Part shown: piece after piece, positions 57,244 through 64,000 of the stretch
Layout: every line of letters begins with the position of its first letter
How positions within the stretch are numbered: the stretch's first letter is position 1
Source of the DNA: a virus
Virus record (IMG/VR): IMGVR_UViG_3300009788_000009
Span: 3,934 to 67,933 of that record
Direction: 5' to 3' (one strand)
Length of the DNA: 64,000 nucleotides
Made by a program: the position numbers and the translations under genes
Notes under the pieces: generated by a model
The model's database searches: none
The model's input: the letters and a program-made list of their open reading frames with translations, nothing else
Told to the model about the DNA's origin: nothing

Positions 57244-57460
57244 ATATCTTATATTTCCAAGTGGTCAAAAATGGACTTGGGAATTATATGCCCCCAATGG
57301 TATCGTAGTATGTCGCTCATGTAGAACATTTAAATTCGCTTGTGAAGCTAAAAAGAGTGTTCGAAACATGATTGAAATGATACGAACTAAAGCGGTACAA
57401 ATAATTGAAGAATCAAAGCCGAAAACAACATGTGATTCAAACGGCTATAAGACTGTATAA
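57224..57460 (+). CDS. DUF1508/YegP-like protein
   Basis: KWTWELYAPNGIVVCRS..TF....EAKKSV pattern. Confidence 0.6.
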   Translation: MNHQVYRYLIFPSGQKWTWELYAPNGIVVCRSCRTFKFACEAKKSVRNMIEMIRTKAVQIIEESKPKTTCDSNGYKTV

Positions 57461-57632
57461 ATTAGGTTGGAGAGCAAATGATAAACCTAATGAACTAATC
57501 TTAAAAAGATCAAATTTTACAGATGAACAATCTATACATTATAAAAGTTATACTGAAATAAAGTTTGCTACTAAAAAACTATACAAACTCATGGTAAACT
57601 ATGAAAGAACATCCAATAAAACTAGCAGCTAG
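57405..57632 (+). CDS. Micro-protein family member (HVIQTAIRLYKLGW)
   Basis: Shared N-terminal motif with neighbours. Confidence 0.55.
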   Translation: MKNQSRKQHVIQTAIRLYKLGWRANDKPNELILKRSNFTDEQSIHYKSYTEIKFATKKLYKLMVNYERTSNKTSS

Positions 57633-57810
57633 ATTATATAAAGAGGGGTATAGAATAGGTGATGTTGGGTTTGTAGTACATGAAACCCATGCTAAAAAGT
57701 TTATTCTTGTTAAACCTTCTGGAACTACAACTACAATAAACTATCAAACCTATGCTCTTCTACGAACCATGACAAATAATGATGGAAAATCCAATAAAAC
57801 TAGCTGCTAG
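57601..57810 (+). CDS. Micro-protein family member (HPIKLAARLYKEGY)
   Basis: Shares a 34-bp near-identical segment with the next gene. Confidence 0.65.
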   Translation: MKEHPIKLAARLYKEGYRIGDVGFVVHETHAKKFILVKPSGTTTTINYQTYALLRTMTNNDGKSNKTSC

Positions 57811-57985
57811 ATTATATAAAGAAAGTTGTTATGTAAAAACTATTCATTTAGACGATCCACCACATAAAATTAGTCATGTAGCTATGAATGTAAGTGATAG
57901 AGATGGTTATAAATTCATATCTAAAGAAGTTTTTGACTTAGTATTAAGGATGCAAACAAATGAGAAAGAAGATACTGGAAGATGA
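57779..57985 (+). CDS. Micro-protein family member (NPIKLAARLYKESC)
   Basis: Shares a 34-bp near-identical segment with the previous gene. Confidence 0.65.
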   Translation: MMENPIKLAARLYKESCYVKTIHLDDPPHKISHVAMNVSDRDGYKFISKEVFDLVLRMQTNEKEDTGR

Positions 57986-58238
57986 AATAGGTTTATATAT
58001 AAATCTTTACGGAGCTTTCACTATACGTCCTATGATAAAATCTAATCTATTTGAGAATGAAAAAGTAGTAATAAAAATAGATGAAAAAACTGATCCATTT
58101 ATCTACGTGTACAAACTAAAAGGAAATATAAAGGAATGGTGGGTACACTGTGGCTTCAATAATACCGCTGATAAGGCTATTCAATATGAATTAGTTAAAA
58201 CTCTGTATATAAAACAGTTCTTGCAACTAAGAACTTAA
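57960..58238 (+). CDS. Hypothetical protein
   Basis: AAGGA RBS; ORF tiling. Confidence 0.55.
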   Translation: MRKKILEDEIGLYINLYGAFTIRPMIKSNLFENEKVVIKIDEKTDPFIYVYKLKGNIKEWWVHCGFNNTADKAIQYELVKTLYIKQFLQLRT

Positions 58239-58249
58239 TATGATATTCT
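58221..58249 (+). promoter_or_regulatory. Putative sigma70 promoter for primase-helicase
   Basis: TTGCAA-N17-TATTCT with TGn extension, 40 nt before ATG. Confidence 0.5.
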
Positions 58250-58288
58250 AGTTGTCTCGTTATATCCAACTCTTTAAGGACGCAACCG

Positions 58289-60640
58289 ATGGAGTTAACT
58301 TTCCTAGAGGCTAAAGAACCTCTAACAAAGTATATATCAAGCACCGATGTTAAACCATACCCACATGCCAAATTCCTGACTTCATATGAAGAAAGCGTAA
58401 CTACACCCTTTCAGTTATTCGATGCTATAAAAGATCATGCCAGTCTTGATCATGCTCTACTAAAAGGTTCCCTCGTTCGAAATATTCGTAACGAAAGCCG
58501 AGCAGGGTTAACAAATACTCAAGAAGCTACTAAATGGCTATGCCTTGATATAGATGGACTAGAGGGGTTTTCTGTAAAACAGTTAGTCCACCAATTAGGT
58601 TTTGAAGACATATCACATACTATACAATACTCTGCTACTAGTGGTTTATTCAAAAATACCTCCTTAAAAGTACATCTATTCTTCTTACTCGAAGACGAGA
58701 TATCCCCTGACTTCATGCATGACTGGTTAACCTGGCTAAATTTCCAATTCTTTAAATCTCATATTAAACTTAATCCTGCCGGTACTACTCTACATTATCC
58801 TGTTGATCCTACATTATGTCAAAATTCTAGGCTCATATTCATTGCTCCACCTAATTTTGAAAACGATAATCTTGATCCATATTCAGGATCACGCATATCA
58901 TTACAAAAGTGTGAAGAGGATTATTTAGCTATACCAGATGTAACTATATTACCTACTCGTACTAAACTACAAAATGAAGCTAAAACTTTAATTAAAAAAC
59001 TACGTAAAGCAGAGGGTTTACCAGAAACAAAAACCCCTAAATTCGTAACATCATCATTAGGACTAGAAATTTGCTCTAATCCAGAATCAGCCCGCGTAAC
59101 AGGTGTTAAAGAAAATGGAGGGTTTGTATATCTTAATATAAACGGGGGCGATAGTTGGGGCTACTATCATAAGGACAATAATTATAAATATATATATAAC
59201 TTCAAAGGAGAGCCTGTATATCCTACAGAGAAATTCCTACCTGATTACTGGCGTACTGAGGCTATACCTAAACAATCAGTTAAAACTCCTGCACCAGATG
59301 GTTTATATTACTTTGGCTTTCAAGATGAAGCTACTAGTAAACTATGGTATGGTAGTTGGAACCCCACTTCATTAGCTATGAAGTTAACTAACGCAGGTGC
59401 TAATGAAACCTCAGTACGAAGATTCCTTAAACATAATAATAAAGAGATTGATATGTTACCAGTATGGAATCTTGTCTATGATCCTACACCTTCTGCAACC
59501 ATAGGTATAGATACTAAAATCGGATATGTAAATTCTTACCAACCTGCTTCTATACCTGCAATGAGAAGTACACATAAAAAGAGAGGACTACCTAAATCAA
59601 TAACTATATTCTTAGATCATGTTGTTAACTATGATAAAGAAGTTGCAAACCACTTTTTAAATTGGGTTGCATACGTTGTTCAGTTTCGAACAAGAGCTAA
59701 TACTTCTTGGTTAATGTTTGGAACACAAGGAACCGGGAAAGGTGTTCTGTTCTCTAACATTTTGCGTCCCTTAGTTGGGGAGCAGAACGCTTCTCTCGTC
59801 ACTATACAAAACGTAGCAGAGAAATTTACAGATACAACAGATGATAAAATTCTTGTTATGGTAGACGAAGTAAGTCGTAACGAGTTTAACCATAACAAAG
59901 GGCTAATGAATCGTATCAAAGCAATGGTAACAGATGATAAAACTATATCACGTAAGTTTTCATGCCCACCTATACCAGTGAATAATCACTGTAATTTTAT
60001 ATTTACTTCTAATGAAATTATACCAATGGATATACCAGTCAATGATAGAAGGTTCAATGTAGCACCACCACAAAGAGAACCAATAAAAAATATAATGACT
60101 GTGAAAGAACTTGATCAATTAGTTAATAAACAAATACCAATTGATCTACCTGAAATATATACATACTTCCTTAAATATAAGGTAGATGAATACCAGGCTA
60201 GAACATGTATAGAAAATCCAACCAAAGCTGCATTATCATCGGCTTCTGTAACTGCCACAGCAGACTTCTTTGATAGATTCCGTAGAGGCGATACCACAAT
60301 GGTATTAGATGAATACGAAACATTTAAAGATAAAGATAACTGGGCTTCTATTATGAGTCGTAGTTTACAAATGAATAAACAAACTATTGAAGAGTTTAAT
60401 GAGTTGGTAAAGAAATACTTTATACCTGCTCATAAGGAGCGTGATAAATCAGGGAAGATTATACACTTTGTCTTAGATAGAGACGAAGTAGCATTACTAA
60501 CGAAGTGTATGTTAGGTGTTAATGAGAATAAAAGCCCACATCATTTTAAAGCCTGGACTGCACAATACAACATAGCATATGATCAATTTAGGTGTCAAAT
60601 AAATAATGGACGTAAAAGAGGAATTAAATTCGGGGGCTAA
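58289..60640 (+). CDS. Primase-helicase (N-terminal primase domain + SF3/D5-like NTPase)
   Basis: CLDIDG and KVHLFF primase motifs; Walker A GTQGTGKG, Walker B VMVDE, FTSN, DRRF. Confidence 0.85.
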   Translation: MELTFLEAKEPLTKYISSTDVKPYPHAKFLTSYEESVTTPFQLFDAIKDHASLDHALLKGSLVRNIRNESRAGLTNTQEATKWLCLDIDGLEGFSVKQLVHQLGFEDISHTIQYSATSGLFKNTSLKVHLFFLLEDEISPDFMHDWLTWLNFQFFKSHIKLNPAGTTLHYPVDPTLCQNSRLIFIAPPNFENDNLDPYSGSRISLQKCEEDYLAIPDVTILPTRTKLQNEAKTLIKKLRKAEGLPETKTPKFVTSSLGLEICSNPESARVTGVKENGGFVYLNINGGDSWGYYHKDNNYKYIYNFKGEPVYPTEKFLPDYWRTEAIPKQSVKTPAPDGLYYFGFQDEATSKLWYGSWNPTSLAMKLTNAGANETSVRRFLKHNNKEIDMLPVWNLVYDPTPSATIGIDTKIGYVNSYQPASIPAMRSTHKKRGLPKSITIFLDHVVNYDKEVANHFLNWVAYVVQFRTRANTSWLMFGTQGTGKGVLFSNILRPLVGEQNASLVTIQNVAEKFTDTTDDKILVMVDEVSRNEFNHNKGLMNRIKAMVTDDKTISRKFSCPPIPVNNHCNFIFTSNEIIPMDIPVNDRRFNVAPPQREPIKNIMTVKELDQLVNKQIPIDLPEIYTYFLKYKVDEYQARTCIENPTKAALSSASVTATADFFDRFRRGDTTMVLDEYETFKDKDNWASIMSRSLQMNKQTIEEFNELVKKYFIPAHKERDKSGKIIHFVLDRDEVALLTKCMLGVNENKSPHHFKAWTAQYNIAYDQFRCQINNGRKRGIKFGG

Positions 60641-60926
60641 GATAACTAGCCTATCAATGTCAGTAGAAAATTGGGGGGAAAAAGAAGGACAGTATAACGG
60701 TACTATTAAATTCAAAGTTGGCGAAGATACATTAGAAATGAAAGTCAATCATGAATTTTGTAAAATACTTCTAACTAATTCTTACAAACTTCTCAAAGGC
60801 ATAATTCAAACTAGTGGTATACAAATAATCAAGGATATACTTGATACTAAGTCTCCTATATCAAAATCTAAGAAGGAATTAGAAAATGAAGGATCATCCA
60901 ATAAAGATAGCAACAAAACTTCATAA
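60606..60926 (+). CDS. Hypothetical protein
   Basis: AGGTG RBS; overlaps primase end. Confidence 0.5.
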   Translation: MDVKEELNSGAKITSLSMSVENWGEKEGQYNGTIKFKVGEDTLEMKVNHEFCKILLTNSYKLLKGIIQTSGIQIIKDILDTKSPISKSKKELENEGSSNKDSNKTS

Positions 60927-61065
60927 CAATGGATATAAAGTAAAGAATATGGCAGCCGTACTTACTTTTGAAAGGGAAGGTATGGAAGTAGATATAATTG
61001 CTCCTGAATCAGATGCACAAGTAGTCAGATTACTAAATAATATTGATAAGAATGGCAAAACATAG
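60886..61065 (+). CDS. Micro-protein family member (59 aa, HPIKIATKLHNNGY; not in ORF track)
   Basis: AAGGA RBS; shared motif. Confidence 0.6.
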   Translation: MKDHPIKIATKLHNNGYKVKNMAAVLTFEREGMEVDIIAPESDAQVVRLLNNIDKNGKT

Positions 61066-61258
61066 TATACAATTAGCCCTTAAATATGCAAAGAATTGGA
61101 GACATACAGGGTATGCAATAGTAGTATGTGAAGACCCAGTTAAACATTGCTATAAATATAGAAACGGAAAAAGAAGTGTTTTCGTATCAGAAAAAATACA
61201 TAAATTAACCCAGAGATTAAAGAATGAATCCCTTACAAGAAGCACTACAACTACATAA
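61043..61258 (+). CDS. Micro-protein family member (HSIQLALKYAKNW)
   Basis: Shared motif. Confidence 0.5.
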   Translation: MIRMAKHSIQLALKYAKNWRHTGYAIVVCEDPVKHCYKYRNGKRSVFVSEKIHKLTQRLKNESLTRSTTTT

Positions 61259-61409
61259 AAAAGGATATAGAACATTTATACGGGGTACTGTATGGTGGCT
61301 AGTTAAAAAAGATAATAAAACTAAATATGTTAGTTTACCTGTTTATAGATTAATGAAGAACTTACAAACTGGAATCTATGAAACCCAAAGAGATAGTAAG
61401 ACTATATAA
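61224..61409 (+). CDS. Micro-protein family member (NPLQEALQLHKKGY)
   Basis: Shared motif. Confidence 0.55.
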   Translation: MNPLQEALQLHKKGYRTFIRGTVWWLVKKDNKTKYVSLPVYRLMKNLQTGIYETQRDSKTI

Positions 61410-61788
61410 AATACTATGTGTACAATGTAGATACAATTGGGTATATAATAATAAAGCACCAGATTGTAATATATGTGAAAACAAAAGGTTTTATGAAGAA
61501 GAATTATTTAGTTTACATACATTAAATATAAAAATATATGAAGATTTTGAAACTGATACATTTCATTTAAATATCTTACATAGACGATACTTCAATAAAA
61601 AACATGCTAAATCTAGAGCATTATTAATATTCACTAGTAAACTACCTGCTAAGAAGGAACTATTCGATACATTCATACACAGATCTGATTTCATATTTGG
61701 TAGGTTCTTTACAGCCGAACGTTTCATAGGAACATCAATAGCAAAATATGACTTATTCAGTACTTGGCTCTATATCTTTACCCTCTAA
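61378..61788 (+). CDS. Zn-ribbon hypothetical protein
   Basis: CVQC...CNICENKR. Confidence 0.55.
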   Translation: MKPKEIVRLYKILCVQCRYNWVYNNKAPDCNICENKRFYEEELFSLHTLNIKIYEDFETDTFHLNILHRRYFNKKHAKSRALLIFTSKLPAKKELFDTFIHRSDFIFGRFFTAERFIGTSIAKYDLFSTWLYIFTL

Positions 61789-62191
61789 AATAACATTTTT
61801 TTGTCCTATGTGCGTAAACGATAAAGGTGTAATCAATAAGACCTTTGGTGAATACGAAGTAGTAACATGTACTGAGTGTGAGAATAAAAGAATAATAGCC
61901 CCTCACCATCCTATAAGAACGCTTACAGAAAACTATTGTGTACCTGATATTAAACTATGGAATTTCCATGAGGATAACAGAATTAAACCTGGTACATACT
62001 ATACATTACTACTTAGCAATGCAGAAGTGCAAGGAGGAATTAGCCCAGAATTTATAGAAATGAATGAACTAGTTAACACAGCCCGATTTTTAAAAGATCG
62101 GTTCTTTTTCGGTACTAAGTTAACTCAAGAACTATATCAAAGTGCCGAACTCTTTATTACTGAAATTGCATGGATACCTAGAAATGAGTAG
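61748..62191 (+). CDS. Zn-ribbon hypothetical protein, likely paralog of 61378-61788
   Basis: CPMC...CTECENKR; similar C-terminal RFF/RF motifs. Confidence 0.55.
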   Translation: MTYSVLGSISLPSKITFFCPMCVNDKGVINKTFGEYEVVTCTECENKRIIAPHHPIRTLTENYCVPDIKLWNFHEDNRIKPGTYYTLLLSNAEVQGGISPEFIEMNELVNTARFLKDRFFFGTKLTQELYQSAELFITEIAWIPRNE

Positions 62192-63221
62192 ACAAAACGT
62201 CGTAGAGATTACACCATTAAAGTTAGCCTCTCAGCTAGAGTATGCCCATAAGATTAATATCCCCGTAATGATGCATGGTAGTCCATCTACATCTAAATCG
62301 AAATCAATTGAGCAGATGTGTAAAAGACTTGGATTGGAACTACTTGATATCAGATTATCACAAAGGGAGTTTGTAGATCTCAGAGGTATACCTACAGTAG
62401 TAGATAAATTCACCGAGTTTAACCCTCCTGCTGAACTACCTAAACAAGGATGCCCACCTACCGTCATATTTCTTGACGAGATTAACCAAGCCGACCGAAG
62501 TACTCAAGCGGCAAGCTATCAACTGCTAAATGATCGAAAACTGGGCGAATATAACCTACCTGATAACGTATGGATATGTGCGGCTGGTAACTATCTAACA
62601 GATAGAGCTATCGTAAATCGTATGGGAAGCGCTCTTAATAATCGTGTAATGCATCTATATGTATTGATGGATGTAGATGAATGGGCAACATGGGCATTAA
62701 ATAACAAGATACATACCTCTGTAATTGCTTTTATTAGGTTCTCTCCACAACACCTAGCTGAGATGCAATCGACACAAGATGGAGTACAAAGCAGGCTTAA
62801 AAACGCAGATGCTTTTGCTTCTTCACGTACATGGGAATTTGTATCTAAACTTATGTATGCAACAGATGCTAAGATTAATAGAGTATGGCCTCTTGTAGCA
62901 GGTTGTGTAGGAATATCAGCAGGAACACAGTTTAAAGCATATATAGATTACTACAAAGATTTACCTGATTTAAATGATGTGATTAAGAACCCTACTACAG
63001 CTCGTATACCAGACTCAAGACAAGCATTACTAGCAGTATCTATTGGATTGTCTGCCAGAATTACTGAAGATACATTCGGTAATATACTAGAATACATGAA
63101 ACGTGCTCCTCTTGAGTATACAACTGCTATGGTTAATGATGCACTTAAAGTTAATGATGATCTACTTGATTATCCTGAAATTGCAGTTTGGATTCAAACA
63201 AATGCGGAGATACTTGGTTAA
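62184..63221 (+). CDS. MoxR-like AAA+ ATPase
   Basis: MHGSPSTSKS (degenerate Walker A), DIRLSQ, IFLDEINQA, AAGN, ALNNR, SSRTWE. Confidence 0.85.
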   Translation: MSRQNVVEITPLKLASQLEYAHKINIPVMMHGSPSTSKSKSIEQMCKRLGLELLDIRLSQREFVDLRGIPTVVDKFTEFNPPAELPKQGCPPTVIFLDEINQADRSTQAASYQLLNDRKLGEYNLPDNVWICAAGNYLTDRAIVNRMGSALNNRVMHLYVLMDVDEWATWALNNKIHTSVIAFIRFSPQHLAEMQSTQDGVQSRLKNADAFASSRTWEFVSKLMYATDAKINRVWPLVAGCVGISAGTQFKAYIDYYKDLPDLNDVIKNPTTARIPDSRQALLAVSIGLSARITEDTFGNILEYMKRAPLEYTTAMVNDALKVNDDLLDYPEIAVWIQTNAEILG

Positions 63222-64000
63222 TGTTAGTTAAAAATTCAGACGCTTTACGCCATGAAATTAATACTTATCTACGTAATGAATATATTAATAGTATTAAAAA
63301 TGAAACTGATTCCTTACAAAATAATCAACTAAATATACATCTTAATGCTATGGATCATATAATACGATATTACTTAACAGATTGTATATATCAATTTCAA
63401 GCTCTTGCAAGTGCAATTAAAAATCACCCTGTTCTTCCACTTGTAGAAGAAGCAACTTTAGCGCTTGTTAATGATGTTAACGATGAAACAATATTTGTAG
63501 CTGTTGGTACTACACCTTCAATAGAGGACTTAAAACGTCCTACAAATGAAAATTATACTTATCCATTAAAAGAACCAGGATTTATACCTACAGATAGATT
63601 AATTTCGTATATAGGAAATAACATGGCTATTACCTATAAAAAAGATGATAGTAATCAAAGTAGGTTAATAATACGTACTAACATCGAATTAATAGACCCT
63701 GAAAAATATTCACAAAGTGAGGTATATATACTAAGTCCAATAATAGAACAATTAAAGAAAATATGGATTGAGTATAATCATTATAAAAATATACATAGTT
63801 ATTTTCAAACTCTATTCAATGAACTACCATCATTAAATCAGATGTACAAAGCTTGTCCTACAATTCTTAATTATATAGGTTCTAAAACAACTGAAAAATT
63901 ATTCGCTACAATTAAAGAACGTAACATGGAAAAATTAAATGAGTTAAAACCTACAGGTGAAGTATCTGTAGCCCTTGGTCGTAATAAACTACGAGGTAAA
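63221..64000 (+). CDS. Hypothetical protein, 3' truncated (possibly Nmad5-like)
   Basis: Open from ATG 63221 to window end; LPSLNQMYKACPTILNY resembles Nmad5 C-terminal motif. Confidence 0.55.
   Translation, partial: MLVKNSDALRHEINTYLRNEYINSIKNETDSLQNNQLNIHLNAMDHIIRYYLTDCIYQFQALASAIKNHPVLPLVEEATLALVNDVNDETIFVAVGTTPSIEDLKRPTNENYTYPLKEPGFIPTDRLISYIGNNMAITYKKDDSNQSRLIIRTNIELIDPEKYSQSEVYILSPIIEQLKKIWIEYNHYKNIHSYFQTLFNELPSLNQMYKACPTILNYIGSKTTEKLFATIKERNMEKLNELKPTGEVSVALGRNKLRGK

Noticed and set aside
1-64000. Stop-codon reassignment, or lysogeny module
   Set aside because: Core genes are full length in the standard code and all three stops end genes; no integrase or repressor pair recognised in the window.

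Overview
The window is most of a circularly permuted dsDNA tailed-phage genome with podovirus-type organisation; spanins indicate a Gram-negative host. Layout: (+) replication genes 1-5143 (SNF2-type helicase C-terminus, family A DNA polymerase, putative SSB, PD-(D/E)xK nuclease); (+) lysis cassette 5222-6545; (-) a ~36 kb virion operon 44015->8256 (TerS, TerL, portal, scaffold, DUF4043/N4-gp56-like capsid, repeat and collagen fibres, three large putative ejection proteins); a strand switch at ~44.0-44.2 kb; then (+) early/middle genes up to a primase-helicase and a MoxR-like AAA+ ATPase. I saw no integrase, RNA polymerase, reverse transcriptase, intact tRNA or CRISPR array. The most striking unannotated element is a ~410 nt intergenic region (53830-54239) with many long-range and pseudoknot pairings, i.e. 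a large structured ncRNA that recalls a compact ROOL RNA. It sits between two Myb/SANT-like HTH genes, one probably reached by a -1 frameshift and the other preceded by a pseudoknot. Other notable items are a repeated covarying hairpin before early genes, an L7/L12 domain ending in an SSB-type DDDIPF tail, an Acb2/Tad1-like protein in the head module, an origin-like repeat region and an expanded micro-protein family. All family assignments come from motif recognition by eye, not from database searches.
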